Shown: positions 36,501 through 47,139 of the stretch, piece by piece | Numbering within the stretch: position 1 is the stretch's first letter | Layout of the letters: every line of letters begins with the position of its first letter | Assembly: GCF_016720345.1 (NCBI RefSeq) | Contig: NZ_JADKKV010000001.1 | DNA length: 64,000 nt | From: Thermomonas sp. | GTDB taxonomy: Bacteria; Pseudomonadota; Gammaproteobacteria; Xanthomonadales; Xanthomonadaceae | Reading direction: 5' to 3' (one strand) | Translations under genes and position numbers: made by a program | Notes under the pieces: generated by a model | What the model saw: only the letters and a program-made list of their open reading frames with translations | Told to the model about the DNA's origin: nothing | The model's database searches: none

Positions 36501-38316
36501 GCTGCTGCCGGCCTGGGTCGCCGTCAGGCTGCCCCTGGTCGTTGCCGTTGACCACCTCCAGCGAGGCGCCGCCGATCATCCACATGCCTGCCGTGCTGCC
36601 GCCACCGGCATCCACGTCGAGGCCACGCAGGTCGAGGTCGCCGCCGCGCGCGATGGTGCCGACCAGCCCGCCGCCCACCGCGCCATGCGCGTCGATCGCG
36701 CCATAGGCGTAGACGCTGGTGCCGGCCAGGGCCACCTGGCCGCCGTTGCCGCCCAAGCCGCGGGCATCGATCGATGCGGTCTCGCCCAGCACGGCCCCGC
36801 CGTTGTTGGCGGACACCACCACGCTGCCGCCATCGATGCCGCCGCTGGCATTGACGGACGCGCCGTTGGCGAGCCCGGACGCGGTTTCGCCCACGATCAG
36901 GACGTCGCCGCCATTGCCCTGCGACGCCTGCACGTCGATGCCACCCTGCAGCACCGCGGCTCCGCCCTGCGACGACATCGCCACCGTGCCGCCGTTGCCG
37001 CCACCCTTGGCCCCCTTGGCCGACAACAGGCCCGCCACCACGATGTCGCCCCCGGCCGCCAGGCCCACCTGGCCGCCGTCGCCGGCGTCCATGGCATCCG
37101 CGCTGATCACCGTGGCCGCGGCCATGCCGATGCTTCCGACCGCCTGCACCAGCACCTGGCCGGCGACTCCGCGCTGGGTATCGGCGCTGATGCCCGACAG
37201 CCCGAGCATGGTCACGTCGGCGGTGGACTGGATGGTGACGCTGCCGCCGCCTTCACCGCCGGAGGCATTGATGAAGCTGCCGACCGAAAGCGGATCGGCG
37301 GGCGCCAACGGCGTCGGGTCGTTGTTGAGGAACGCAACGCCGTTGCCCTGGATCAGCACCGAGCCGCCGGTCTCGCCAACGTCACCGCTGACGTCGATGC
37401 GGCCAGCCGTGAACGGGGTCGACGCGTCCGACAGTACCCCTGGCGCACCCAGGAACACCGGGCCACCGATGGAGGTCAGCTCGATGCGTCCATTGACGTT
37501 GGCGATGCTCTGCGCGCGCAACAGGCCGTCGGCATAGATCACGCCACCGGTGCCGGCGGCAGTGGCGGCGTTGCGCAGGAGGATGCGGCCACCATCGGCG
37601 GTCATCGAGCCGAAGCGGTCCTGGAACAGCTGGGTGTCCACCGCGGGCGCCGCGTTGATGGTGACCTGGGTGAGGCCATCGCCGACGAAATCCAGGGTGA
37701 CCGAGGTGCCCGCGCCGAAGCCGATGTTGCCGCCGTTGGCGACGATCGCGCCGCTGTTGCGCAAGTTGGTGCCGACGAAACCCACGCCACCGGCACCGGC
37801 GGTGATGTCGGCTGCGTTGCTGAGCACCGGCGTGCCGGTATTGCCGGCGAACAGGTAGCGCCCGGTCGACAGGCCGGTGAGGAAATCGCCATCGCTGAGG
37901 GCAAGGGTCGAGGCCACCAGCCCGCCGACATTGACCTGCGCGTTGGCGCCAAAGGTGATGCCGTTGGTGTTGATGATGAACACGTTGCCGTTGGCGGTCA
38001 GGATGCCGTTGATCGCGGTCGGCATGGTGCCCAGCACGCGGTTGAGGGTGACCCCGTTGCCCGGCTGGTTGAACGCCACGCCGAACCCGTTGGCGATGTT
38101 GAAGGTGCCCCAGTTGATGATCGCGCCCCGGGTGGTCTGGGTGATCGTCATCTGGTTCCCGGCTTCGTTGATGCTGGCGGTGCCGTTGACCACGTTGCCG
38201 CCGGTGGGCAGGTTCTGGGCAACCGCGGCCGGCAGCGCCATCGCGCCGACCAGCGCCAGCGCCAGGCGCCGGCGGCGCAGGCAGCGGAGTTGCTTGGAAG
38301 TCAGCTTGGTGCGCAT
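36415..38316 (-). CDS. TpsA exoprotein, N-terminal fragment with TPS (hemagglutination activity) domain
   Basis: ATG 38316 lies 6 nt after GAGGAG. The signal peptide is MRTKLTSKQLRCLRRRRLALALVGAMALPAAVAQ. The TPS domain reads NLPTGGNVVNGTASINEAGNQMTITQTTRGAIINWGTFNIANGFGVAFNQP...NRVLG...INGILTANGNVFIINTNGITFG. The last ~40 codons before the stop at 36415 look like out-of-frame junk. Confidence 0.85.
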   Translation of the reverse strand: MRTKLTSKQLRCLRRRRLALALVGAMALPAAVAQNLPTGGNVVNGTASINEAGNQMTITQTTRGAIINWGTFNIANGFGVAFNQPGNGVTLNRVLGTMPTAINGILTANGNVFIINTNGITFGANAQVNVGGLVASTLALSDGDFLTGLSTGRYLFAGNTGTPVLSNAADITAGAGGVGFVGTNLRNSGAIVANGGNIGFGAGTSVTLDFVGDGLTQVTINAAPAVDTQLFQDRFGSMTADGGRILLRNAATAAGTGGVIYADGLLRAQSIANVNGRIELTSIGGPVFLGAPGVLSDASTPFTAGRIDVSGDVGETGGSVLIQGNGVAFLNNDPTPLAPADPLSVGSFINASGGEGGGSVTIQSTADVTMLGLSGISADTQRGVAGQVLVQAVGSIGMAAATVISADAMDAGDGGQVGLAAGGDIVVAGLLSAKGAKGGGNGGTVAMSSQGGAAVLQGGIDVQASQGNGGDVLIVGETASGLANGASVNASGGIDGGSVVVSANNGGAVLGETASIDARGLGGNGGQVALAGTSVYAYGAIDAHGAVGGGLVGTIARGGDLDLRGLDVDAGGGSTAGMWMIGGASLEVVNGNDQGQPDGDPGRQQRAGRRHQRGAGHRYQHPAGHQRWRGQFR

Positions 38317-38326
38317 CTCGTACTCC

Positions 38327-40021
38327 TCAGAACGCCTTCTGGATCGACCAGAACAAACGCGGGTTGCGGTCGCCGCCATCGGTGACACCGGGGTCGGTGC
38401 TGCGCCAGGCGATGCTGAAATTCATGCTGAGCTTGCCCGGCCTGCTCCAGTTCAGGCCCAGGCCATGGCCGCGCAGGCTGCGGCTGGTGAACACGTCGAA
38501 CGGCCGCGGATCGTGGAAGAAGTCGCCGTGCGCCGCGTCGTAGAAGGCGAACAGGGTGGTATCGGGACGTGGCGCGTAGCGCAGTTCCACGGTCGCCAGC
38601 CAGCCGTCGTCGACCAGCACCTCGCCGGTGGCATAGGCGCGCACCGCCTTCGGCCCGCCCAGCGAGAGCTTCTCGTACGCGTCCAGGTTCTTGCTGGCGC
38701 GCTGCATGCCGGTGCCCAGGAACAGGCTGAATTTCGGTGCCAGGGACTGCAGGCGCGCCAGCTGCAGGGTCGCCTTGCCGAAACTGCCCTCGGTGTCGTA
38801 CCCGAACGGAGGATTGTCGAAGGCCTCGCTGGTGGCGTCCTTGATGTCGAGGTTGCCGCGGTACAGCAGCGCGTTGGCGCTGGTGTAGCCGCCACCAAGC
38901 AAGCCATCGCGGCGTTCGAACGACAGGCCGATGCCGGCGCCGCGGACGCGCTTGTGGGTTTCGAAACCCACCGCCTCGAAGCGGTCGGTCAGGTCCTTGT
39001 TGTCGATCACCCCGCGCACGAACAGGTTGGTCGAGCGCTGGCGGATGAGCGGATAACTGAAGGACAGGTCGGCGACGTTGCCGGTGCCGGTCGGTTCCAG
39101 CGGCGCGAACGGGCCGCCAAGCTCGTATTGCACGCGCGCCAGCCCGCCACCGATGCGCAGGCCGCGGTACCCCACCGGGGTTTCATAGGAGATGCGCCCG
39201 AACGCGGTGTGCATGCCCTCCGCCAGCATCAACCGCAGGTCGAGGTTGTCGCCGCGTCCGAACGGACTGGCCCAGCGCAGGCTGCCGGTGATGCGGTGGC
39301 GACCGGAATCGCTGGTGCCATGGTTGTCCACTTCCAGCCCGTATTGCAGGCGGTCGCGTTCGCCGACCTGCACCACCAGGTCGGTGGTGCCGGTGGCCGC
39401 GCCGGCGGAGATCGCCGACTGCGGCTTGATCCCCGGCAGGTCGGACAGCAACAGCATCGCGCGTTCGTACTGGCGGCCGTTGAGCGGCTTGCCGGGCTCC
39501 AGGATCGCCAGCGTCCCCGCCACCCGTTCCTGCGCGACCGGCACGCCCTCGGCGAGCTCGATGCTGACGTTGCCGAGCACGCCCTCGCTGATGCTGATCC
39601 TGACCACGCCATCGACCACTTCCTGCACCGGCACGTAGGCCTGGACCAGGCCGAAGCCGCGCTTCTGGTACACCGCGACCGCGCGCGCGGCGAGCTGCTC
39701 GAGGTCGGCGAAGGTGACGCTGGTGCCGATCCGATCGGCCACCGCGGCCTGCAACTCGCTGTCCGCCACCCCGGTGGCACCGACGAACTGCACGCCCTTG
39801 AGCACGAAGCTGGCCTGCGCCTGCATCGCCATCTGCGGCTCCGGCAGCGCCTGCGCCTGTTGCGGGGCGGACCCCGGCGCAGGCGTCGCCTCCTGCGCGG
39901 CGGCGCCGTCCGCGGCCTGCGCGAATGGCACGCAGGCCATCAGCAGCGCGGCCGCAAGCAGGTTGGTCGGCGGCATCCGCCGTGGTTGGTGGTTGCGCAT
40001 CCGGTCAGCCCCCAGGTTCAT
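38327..40021 (-). CDS. TpsB outer-membrane transporter (ShlB/FhaC/HecB family)
   Basis: The start is ATG 40021 (MNLGADRMRNHQPRRMPPTNLLAAALLMACVPFAQA), in an ATGA overlap with the CHAT gene stop. A POTRA region (FVLKGVQFVGATGV...VVDGVVRISISEGVLGNV) is followed by a beta-barrel ending ...NPRLFWSIQKAF (terminal Phe). Confidence 0.88.
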   Translation of the reverse strand: MNLGADRMRNHQPRRMPPTNLLAAALLMACVPFAQAADGAAAQEATPAPGSAPQQAQALPEPQMAMQAQASFVLKGVQFVGATGVADSELQAAVADRIGTSVTFADLEQLAARAVAVYQKRGFGLVQAYVPVQEVVDGVVRISISEGVLGNVSIELAEGVPVAQERVAGTLAILEPGKPLNGRQYERAMLLLSDLPGIKPQSAISAGAATGTTDLVVQVGERDRLQYGLEVDNHGTSDSGRHRITGSLRWASPFGRGDNLDLRLMLAEGMHTAFGRISYETPVGYRGLRIGGGLARVQYELGGPFAPLEPTGTGNVADLSFSYPLIRQRSTNLFVRGVIDNKDLTDRFEAVGFETHKRVRGAGIGLSFERRDGLLGGGYTSANALLYRGNLDIKDATSEAFDNPPFGYDTEGSFGKATLQLARLQSLAPKFSLFLGTGMQRASKNLDAYEKLSLGGPKAVRAYATGEVLVDDGWLATVELRYAPRPDTTLFAFYDAAHGDFFHDPRPFDVFTSRSLRGHGLGLNWSRPGKLSMNFSIAWRSTDPGVTDGGDRNPRLFWSIQKAF

Positions 40022-42255
40022 TTCGCCACCTTCAAACGCCAGTTGCCGATCAGGTTGAACGGCGCCCAATAGAACGGGTGCGCGGTTTCCGGATCGGCCA
40101 TCACCGCGCGCTGCGCGTCGCGCATCGCGTCCTGCACCTGCTCGCCGCCGGCGAGTTCGGCGTACAGGGTGGTCATCAGTTTCTCGGTGGCGGCGTCGGA
40201 GACCGGCCACAGCGAGGCCAGCAGGGTCGAGGTACCTGCGGACAGGAACGAGCGGGTGAAGCCCAGCACCTCATCGCCGTTCTCGACCCGGCCCAGGCCG
40301 GATTCGCAGGCGGACAACGCGATCATCGCCACGTTGCCCAGGTCCATGCCGATCACGTCGCGGGCTTCCAGGTAGTTCGGCTTGCCGTTCTCGTCGGCCA
40401 GCAACACTTTCGAGTGCAGCGGGTCGAGCGTATCGACCGTCGCGTGCGCGGCGATGTGCACCAGCCGCGACTGCGGGGCGTTCGCGGTGAAATTGGCCTT
40501 GTTCGCCTCATCCTTGAAGAACAGCTTGGCGCCCGGGAACTGCCGCGAGAGTTCGTGCACCTCGCGCTCGGCGCCGGGCAGCGGATCCGCCACGTTCGGA
40601 TCGATGGTCGGGTTGCCGAACGCCAGCAACTGCGCCTCCACGCTCGGGGTGCGCTCGGCCAGCCGCGCGGCGATGCTGATCGACGGCGCGATCGAGATCG
40701 GGTTGCGCTCGATCAGGTACTGGCCATCGAGGCGCAACGCCTGGAACGGCAGGTAGTGCAGCGGCCCGTGCGGGACGATGACCACGCGCTTGCCGGCTTC
40801 GACCCCGAGCGGTGCCAGCAGCAGTTGCCCGATCTTGTCGCCGATCGCCGCGGCATTCGGGTTCAGCTTGATCAGCGCATCGCGGTAGGCATCGACCAGC
40901 CGCGCCAGGTCGTTTCGCGGCAACGCGGCCGGGAACGCCGCCTCGCGCACGCCCTCGCTCGACAGCACCCACGCCATCAGCCGGTCCGGCAATGCGTGGT
41001 AGGCCACCACCACCTCGTCCGCGCGCAGCATCTTCTGCAGGCTGGCTGCGTCCAGCGCCTTGCCGCCATCGCCCTTCAGTTCGGCGCGCCCGGCAACCGC
41101 ATCCAGCAATGCCCGGGAGCGGCTGCGCTCGCTGATGTCGAAGGCCCGCGCCGGCTGCCCAAGCTTGCTGTGCATGCCGATCGCGCGTTCGAACACGTTC
41201 TGCAGGTCGGAGAACAGGCCCATCTTGAATTCGTCGCTGCGGAACTGCGAGCGCGCCTGGTCGAACACGTCGATCGCCTGGTCCAGCGATTGCGCCGCCT
41301 CGGCGTCATTGCCCAACGCCGCCTGGCTCTTGGACATGCCGTCCAGCGCCCACGCGCGGTAGAAGTCCTCATCGCCATCCGCCGGTGCGCTTGCCAGCGC
41401 CTGGTACAGCGCCAGCGCCTCGGCCGGCTTGTTCTCGGCCAGCAGCAGGCGCCCGCGCGTGCGCTGCAATTGCGCGCGCTGCTTCGCCTCCTGGGGTTCG
41501 GCAAGCGCATCCAGGGTGCTGCGCGCGCGCACCAGGTCGCCGGACAGGATCAGCGCATTCGCAAGCGATGCCTCCACCAGCGGGCGGAAACGGTCGGAAC
41601 TGCCCTGCCGCGCCTCTTCGTAACTGGCAATGGCCTCGTCGTACCTGCCCTGGCGGGTGCGCACGTCGCCGATCACCTTGCGCGCCGGACCGTTGACCTG
41701 GGTCGGGTTCACCCCGGGATACTTCAGCGCGAGGTTGGCGAACTGCTCGGCGCGTTCCAGCTGGCCGGCGTAATTGAAGGCGATCGCAAGGTCGCGGTAG
41801 GCCTTGCCCAGCAGGTCCTTGTTGCCGGTCTGCAGGGCCACGTGCAGCGCCTTGCTGGCGGCGCGGGCGCTTTCGCGGAATTCGCCCTTCTCGGCCAGTT
41901 CCACCGCCTGGCTGCAGTAGGCGTAGCCGTCCAGCTTCACCGCTTCACGGTCGTACAGCGCCGCGCCATCGGCGGCCAGCGCCAGCGCGGTGTCGGCATC
42001 ATCCAACCGGCTGATCGCCGCGAGCGCGGCACGCGCCTCGCTGTCGGCGTCGGCGTCGCCTGCCTGCGGCGCCGGCAGGTCGCTGGCCGGGGCGGCCTCC
42101 TGCGCCGATGCGGCAGGCGGGGATTCCTGCAGGCCCGACCCGGGATCCGGCGCGCATGCGGCCCGTACCGGAGACACGGGCAGCAACGTGGAGAGCAGGA
42201 TCGATGCCAGCAGGAACGGCACGAAACGGAGTTTGGTCGGCGCGACGCGAGGCAT
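40018..42255 (-). CDS. exported TPR-repeat CHAT-domain (caspase-fold) protease
   Basis: 745 aa with a signal peptide (LRFVPFLLASILLSTLLPVSPVRA) and TPR-like helical repeats in the N-terminal ~330 aa. The C-terminal CHAT domain carries a His/Cys dyad context (SRLVHIAAHATVD ... AMIALSACESGLG) and ends HPFYWAPFNLIGNW. Confidence 0.85.
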   Translation of the reverse strand: MPRVAPTKLRFVPFLLASILLSTLLPVSPVRAACAPDPGSGLQESPPAASAQEAAPASDLPAPQAGDADADSEARAALAAISRLDDADTALALAADGAALYDREAVKLDGYAYCSQAVELAEKGEFRESARAASKALHVALQTGNKDLLGKAYRDLAIAFNYAGQLERAEQFANLALKYPGVNPTQVNGPARKVIGDVRTRQGRYDEAIASYEEARQGSSDRFRPLVEASLANALILSGDLVRARSTLDALAEPQEAKQRAQLQRTRGRLLLAENKPAEALALYQALASAPADGDEDFYRAWALDGMSKSQAALGNDAEAAQSLDQAIDVFDQARSQFRSDEFKMGLFSDLQNVFERAIGMHSKLGQPARAFDISERSRSRALLDAVAGRAELKGDGGKALDAASLQKMLRADEVVVAYHALPDRLMAWVLSSEGVREAAFPAALPRNDLARLVDAYRDALIKLNPNAAAIGDKIGQLLLAPLGVEAGKRVVIVPHGPLHYLPFQALRLDGQYLIERNPISIAPSISIAARLAERTPSVEAQLLAFGNPTIDPNVADPLPGAEREVHELSRQFPGAKLFFKDEANKANFTANAPQSRLVHIAAHATVDTLDPLHSKVLLADENGKPNYLEARDVIGMDLGNVAMIALSACESGLGRVENGDEVLGFTRSFLSAGTSTLLASLWPVSDAATEKLMTTLYAELAGGEQVQDAMRDAQRAVMADPETAHPFYWAPFNLIGNWRLKVAK

Positions 42256-42464
42256 GCGGTGGTACTCCCCAGACGAAACCGGACGCAGGCGGGGGCCTGC
42301 GTGGAGTCCAACGGAGTCTAGGAAGCGACCGGGCCATGGCCTATTCGCGGGAAGGCATAGCCCGTTTTGTCTAGGGAAGCGTGTCCGGAACCCGCCCGGT
42401 TTGTCGTGCTATCCGATTGAGCCGCACCATCCGCGCGTCCAGCCCCCACGGCGGGCACGCGGGT

Positions 42465-43730
42465 TCATGTCGCCGCTGGCGGCTGCCGCAGCTGGCCCTC
42501 GCCGCGCACCACGAAGCGCTCGATGGTCAGCGATTCGGCGCCCATCGGGCCGTAGGCGTGCAGGCGGGTGGTGGAGATCCCGATCTCCGCGCCAAGCCCC
42601 AGCTGGCCGCCGTCGTTGAAGCGCGAGCTGGCATTGACCATGACCGCCGAGCTGCGGATCGCGCGGACGAAGGCGTCGGCCGCGACGGGATCCGCGGTGG
42701 CAATGACCTCGGTATGGTCGGAGCCGTACTGGCGGATGTGCGCGATGGCCTGGTCGAGCGAGTCCACCACCCGCACCGCGATCACCAGGTCGAGGAATTC
42801 GGCGGCGTAGTCCGCTTCCGTCGCCGGCAGCACGCCGGCATCGATGGCCCGGGTGCGCGCATCCCCGCGCACCTCAACCGCGTGCGCGCGCAGTTCGGCG
42901 AGCGCCGGCGGCAGGAACTCCTCTGCGATATCGCGATGCACCAGCAGGGTTTCCAGCGCGTTGCACACCCCGGGGCGCGACACCTTGCCATCGATGAGCA
43001 GGCCGATCGCCGTGCCGATGTCGGCCGCGCGGTCCACGTACAGGTGGCAGACCCCCTTGTAATGCTTGATCACCGGTACCCGCGCATGTTCGGCGACGAA
43101 GCGGATCAGGCTCTCGCCGCCGCGCGGGATCGCAAGGTCGACCAGGTCGGTCAGCTGCAGCAGTTCCAGCACGTGCTCGCGCGCGGTGTCGGCGACCAGC
43201 GAGACCGCGGCCTCAGGCATGCCAACGTCGCGCAAGGCCGCGTGCAGGCAGGCGGCGATCGCGGCATTGCTGGCCGCGGCCTCGGAGCCGCCGCGCAACA
43301 GCACCGCGTTGCCGGCCTTCAGGCACAGCGCCGCGGCTTCGGCGGTCACGTTCGGGCGCGCTTCGTAGATCATCGCCACCAGTCCCAGCGGGATGCGCTG
43401 GCGCTCGACCATGATCCCGTTCGGGCGCCGCTCGCTGCGCGTGATCGCGCCCAGCGGGTCCGGCTGCGCGGCGACCTCGCGCAGGGCAGCGGCCATGCCG
43501 CGCACCCGCCCCGCATCCAGCAGCAACCGGTCCAGCACGGCCTTGCCGGCACCGGCGGTGGCCGCGCGCCGCAGGTCGTCCGCGTTCGCGCGCAGGACCA
43601 CGTCCAGGCGGGCCTCCAGTTGCGCCGCCATCGCCACGATCAGGGCGCGCCGGGTGGCGGCGTCGCAGGCCGCGACCGCCGCCTGCGCCGCACGCGCCGC
43701 CAGCGCAAGCTGCCGCACGTATCCGCTCAT
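42465..43730 (-). CDS. proA: glutamate-5-semialdehyde dehydrogenase
   Basis: 421 aa; [17 protein letters not shown]...LLRGGSEA...IPRGGESLI...[11 protein letters not shown]...SDHTEVI...[32 protein letters not shown]. Confidence 0.95.
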   Translation of the reverse strand: MSGYVRQLALAARAAQAAVAACDAATRRALIVAMAAQLEARLDVVLRANADDLRRAATAGAGKAVLDRLLLDAGRVRGMAAALREVAAQPDPLGAITRSERRPNGIMVERQRIPLGLVAMIYEARPNVTAEAAALCLKAGNAVLLRGGSEAAASNAAIAACLHAALRDVGMPEAAVSLVADTAREHVLELLQLTDLVDLAIPRGGESLIRFVAEHARVPVIKHYKGVCHLYVDRAADIGTAIGLLIDGKVSRPGVCNALETLLVHRDIAEEFLPPALAELRAHAVEVRGDARTRAIDAGVLPATEADYAAEFLDLVIAVRVVDSLDQAIAHIRQYGSDHTEVIATADPVAADAFVRAIRSSAVMVNASSRFNDGGQLGLGAEIGISTTRLHAYGPMGAESLTIERFVVRGEGQLRQPPAAT

Positions 43731-44869
43731 GCCATCGCCTCCTTGCCATCTTCGGGGTGCTGCAACAGGACCAGGTCATCGCGATGCACCAGCGCCTCGC
43801 CATAACGAAACCCCAGGATGGCTTCGATCTCGCGGCTGTGGCGGCCGGCGATGCGCGCACCATCGGCGGCGTTGTACTGCGCCTGCCCGCGCGCCAGCAC
43901 GATGCCGTCTTCCGAGCGCACCTCGACCACGTCGCCGCGCCGGAAATCGCCGGCCACCGCAAGCACGCCTCCCGGCAGCAACGAGGCCCCGCGCAGCAGC
44001 GCCGCGCCGGCGCCGGCATCGATCCGCAGCACCCCCGACGCGGGCGCATGCCCCAGCCACTGCTTGCGCGCACTGCGGCGGTTGGCGAGGGCCGCGACCA
44101 GGGTCCCGTGCAGCACGCCGGCGCCAAGCGCCGCGACCACGGCCGGATCGCGTCCACAGAACAGGACACTCGGGATGCCCGCGCTTGCCGCCTTGCCCGC
44201 GGCTTCCAGCTTGGTGCGCATGCCGCCGGTGCCGAGCGCGCCGGCGCCGCCGCCGGCGGCCTGCAGCAGCTCCGGGGTGACCTGGTCGACCTGCGCGATC
44301 GGCCGCGCATCCGGGTCGCGCTGCGGGTGCGCGCTGTACAGCCCGCCGATGTCGGTGGCGATCAGCAGCAGGTCGGCATCGACCAGCGAGGCGACCGCGG
44401 CGGCGAGGTTGTCGTTGTCGCCCAGCTTGAGTTCGTCGACGGCGACGGTGTCGTTCTCGTTGACCACCGGCAGCGCGCCAAGCCGCAGCAGTTCCTGCAG
44501 GGCGGCGCGCGCATTGAGGTAGCGGCGGCGGTTGCGCAGGTCGTCGTGGCTGAGCAGCACCTGCGCCACCGGTGCCGCCGACAGCGCCTGCCAGAAGCCG
44601 ATCAGCGCGGCCTGCCCCAGCGCCGCCAGTGCCTGCTTCATCGCGATGCCGTCGCCACCGGCGTTGATCCGCCCGCGCCCGGCGGCGACCGCGCCCGACG
44701 ACACCAGCACCACCTCGCGCCCCTGTTCGCGCGACTGCGCGATGAAGCGCGCCAGGCCCGCGGCGTGGACGTCGGCCAGGCCGCCGCCCGCGTCCGCCAG
44801 CAGGCTGCTGCCGACCTTGAGCACCGCGCGACGCCAGTGCGGCAACGATTGCGGCGTGAACCCGGCCAT
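43727..44869 (-). CDS. proB: glutamate 5-kinase (with PUA domain)
   Basis: 380 aa; VLKVGSSLL...[11 protein letters not shown]...[25 protein letters not shown]...[12 protein letters not shown], with a C-terminal PUA-like GDVVEV. It overlaps the proA start by ATGA. Confidence 0.95.
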   Translation of the reverse strand: MAGFTPQSLPHWRRAVLKVGSSLLADAGGGLADVHAAGLARFIAQSREQGREVVLVSSGAVAAGRGRINAGGDGIAMKQALAALGQAALIGFWQALSAAPVAQVLLSHDDLRNRRRYLNARAALQELLRLGALPVVNENDTVAVDELKLGDNDNLAAAVASLVDADLLLIATDIGGLYSAHPQRDPDARPIAQVDQVTPELLQAAGGGAGALGTGGMRTKLEAAGKAASAGIPSVLFCGRDPAVVAALGAGVLHGTLVAALANRRSARKQWLGHAPASGVLRIDAGAGAALLRGASLLPGGVLAVAGDFRRGDVVEVRSEDGIVLARGQAQYNAADGARIAGRHSREIEAILGFRYGEALVHRDDLVLLQHPEDGKEAMA

Positions 44870-44872
44870 GGC

Positions 44873-46168
44873 TCAGCCCAGCGCCGCCAGGCGCGCGTGC
44901 AATGCATCCAGGCGCAGGTCCGCGGCGGCACCGGGCGAGGTGCGCGCGGCCAGCGAACCTTCCGGCGTGCGCCCCTGCCCGGCGCTGTCGCCCGACACCG
45001 CCGCCGCCTTGTAGGCCTCGCGGAACGGCACCCCGGCGATCGCCGCTTCCACCGCCACGTCGGTGGCGTACATGCCCGCGTCGATCGCCGCGCGCAACCG
45101 GTCCTCGCGCCAGCCGATGTTGGCCAGCAGGTCCGGCAGCAGCGCCAGCGCGGCCAGGCCACGGCCGAACCCATGCACGATCGCCCCCTTGCTGGCCTGC
45201 AGGTCGCGCTGGTAGCCGGACGGCAGCGACAGCAATTGCTCGATCTCGGTGCGCGCGGCGGCCACGCTGGCGTGGGTGGCGCGCATCAGCTCGATCACGT
45301 CGGGGTTGCGCTTGTTGGGCATGATCGAACTGCCGGTGGTGTACTGCGCCGGCAGCGCCACGAAGCCGAATTCGGCGCTGGAGAACAGCGACAGGTCCCA
45401 GGCCAGCCGGCGCAGGTCCAGCGTTGCGCTGCCCAGCGCCTCCAGCGCGGCCAACTCGAACTTGCCGCGTGAGAGCTGGGCGTACACCGGCGACACCTGC
45501 ATGCGCGCGAAGCCGAGCGCTTCGGTGGTGTGTTCGCGATCCAGCGCAAGGTTGACGCCGTAGCCGGCGGCGGTGCCCAGCGGGTTGCAGTCCACCAGCG
45601 CCAGGGTGTCGGCGGCGCGCACCGCATCGTCGATGAAGGCTTCCGCCCAGCCGGCCCACCACATGCCCGCCGACGACACCACCGCGCGCTGGATGTGGGT
45701 ATAGCCGGGGATCGGCAGGTCCCGCTCCGCCCCGGCGCGGTCCAGCGCGACCCTGGCGATCTCGCGCGACAGCAGCGCCAGCTGCGCCAGCCTGTCCTTC
45801 AGCCACAGACGCGTCGCCACCAGCACCTGGTCGTTGCGGCTGCGGCCGGTGTGGATCTTTCGGCCGGCATCGCCCAACCGCTCGGTCAGCCGCGCCTCGA
45901 TGGCGGAATGGCCGTCCTCGAAGCGCGCATCGAGGACGAACCCACCGCTGCGAAAATCGTCCGCCAACGTGGCCAGTTCGCGCTTCAGGCCATCCAGCTC
46001 ATCGGCGCTCAGGATGCCGATGCGCTGCAGGCCTTCCGCATGCGCGGCGCTGGCGGCGATGTCGTGCAGGAAGAAGTCCCGATCCAGCAACACATCGTCG
46101 CCGGCCAGGAAGGCCTGGATGCCGGCATCCACCGCCACGCCGGGTTTCTGCCACAGCAGGTTGCTCAT
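44873..46168 (-). CDS. argH: argininosuccinate lyase
   Basis: The start is ATG 46168 ([10 protein letters not shown]). The lyase signatures are [10 protein letters not shown]...GYTHIQRA...[16 protein letters not shown]. The track ORF (818 aa) is a shadow extension. Confidence 0.93.
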   Translation of the reverse strand: MSNLLWQKPGVAVDAGIQAFLAGDDVLLDRDFFLHDIAASAAHAEGLQRIGILSADELDGLKRELATLADDFRSGGFVLDARFEDGHSAIEARLTERLGDAGRKIHTGRSRNDQVLVATRLWLKDRLAQLALLSREIARVALDRAGAERDLPIPGYTHIQRAVVSSAGMWWAGWAEAFIDDAVRAADTLALVDCNPLGTAAGYGVNLALDREHTTEALGFARMQVSPVYAQLSRGKFELAALEALGSATLDLRRLAWDLSLFSSAEFGFVALPAQYTTGSSIMPNKRNPDVIELMRATHASVAAARTEIEQLLSLPSGYQRDLQASKGAIVHGFGRGLAALALLPDLLANIGWREDRLRAAIDAGMYATDVAVEAAIAGVPFREAYKAAAVSGDSAGQGRTPEGSLAARTSPGAAADLRLDALHARLAALG

Positions 46169-47139
46169 GCGCGCACCTCCTCGCCGTCCGCGGGCAACGG
46201 GATGCCCGCCAGTTCGTCGAAACCGAACGCCAGGTTGAGGTTCTGCAAGGCCTGCGTGGCCGCGCCCTTGAGCAGGTTGTCCTCGGTTGCAACCACCACC
46301 AGGCGCTTGCCATCGCCGCCCAGGGTGAAGCCGCCGAGATCGACGTGATGGGCTCCTGCAATCCGGCTGACCCACGGCGCCGCGTCCTGCACCCGCACCA
46401 GCGGCTCGCCCGCATAGCGGTGGTGGTAACGCGCCAGCACCTCCTCGAGGTCGAACGGGATCGCCAGGTGCATGTTGGCGGTGATGGTCAGCCCGCGGAA
46501 ATGCGCGGCCACGTGCGGCATGAACTCGATGGGATGGCCCAGCTGCCTCGCCACTTCGCGCTCGTGGACGTGGCCGGCCAGTGCATACGGCATCAGGTTG
46601 TCGTGCAGCAGCTCGATGTTGTTGCGGTCGCAGGGAGTGGTGCCCGCGCCGGACCAGCCGGACACGCCGAAGCACTGCACCGGGCCTTCCAGCGCGTTCG
46701 CCATCGGCGCGATCGCCAGCTGCATCGCGGTGGCATAGCAGCCGGGATTGCTGATCCGGCGCTGGCCGACGTATTGCGCGCGGGTCAGTTCCGGCAGGCC
46801 GTAATACCAGGACGGATCGAAGCGGAAGTCCGCGGACAGGTCGAGCAGCACCACGTCGGCGGCGGCATCGTCGAACTGCTGGACGATGTGCCCGGCCTTG
46901 CCGTTCGGCAACGCCAGCACCACCGCATCCGCCCCGAGCTCCGGCAGTTCCTCGTAGGCGGGCGAGCTGTAATGCAGGTCGCCGGCATAGCCCGCGATGT
47001 GCGCGGCCAGCGGCTGGCCTTCGCGTTCGCGCGAGGTCACGTAGGCCAGCTCGAACCGCGGATGCCCCGCGAGCAGGCGGATCAGTTCGCCGCCGACATG
47101 GCCGCGCGCACCCACCAGGCCGACGCGCAACCCGCTCAT
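46165..47139 (-). CDS. argC: N-acetyl-gamma-glutamyl-phosphate reductase
   Basis: The start is ATG 47139 ([23 protein letters not shown]). The active-site context is [17 protein letters not shown]. There are ATGA overlaps on both sides. Confidence 0.92.
   Translation of the reverse strand: MSGLRVGLVGARGHVGGELIRLLAGHPRFELAYVTSREREGQPLAAHIAGYAGDLHYSSPAYEELPELGADAVVLALPNGKAGHIVQQFDDAAADVVLLDLSADFRFDPSWYYGLPELTRAQYVGQRRISNPGCYATAMQLAIAPMANALEGPVQCFGVSGWSGAGTTPCDRNNIELLHDNLMPYALAGHVHEREVARQLGHPIEFMPHVAAHFRGLTITANMHLAIPFDLEEVLARYHHRYAGEPLVRVQDAAPWVSRIAGAHHVDLGGFTLGGDGKRLVVVATEDNLLKGAATQALQNLNLAFGFDELAGIPLPADGEEVRA

Larger units (their letters stand above)
33087..38316 (-). pseudogene. filamentous-hemagglutinin-like TpsA gene (~1742 codons if repaired) interrupted by a +1 frameshift
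   Basis: The two fragments overlap at 36415-36500 in frames offset by one nucleotide. Deleting one G from the GGGG run (CCCC at 36532-36535 on the plus strand) gives a continuous read ...LEVVNGNDQGSLTATQAGSSVQDADINAALDTGTS... Confidence 0.65.

Noticed and set aside
33087-38316. TpsA as a CdiA contact-dependent inhibition toxin
   Set aside because: There is no VENN/pretoxin motif, no recognisable toxin domain and no immunity ORF downstream.
40018-42255. TPR-CHAT protein as a CRISPR type III-E (Csx29-like) or other defence-system protease
   Set aside because: There are no cas genes, CRISPR repeats or other defence genes nearby. The protein has a Sec signal peptide and is translationally coupled to tpsB, which points to an envelope role.
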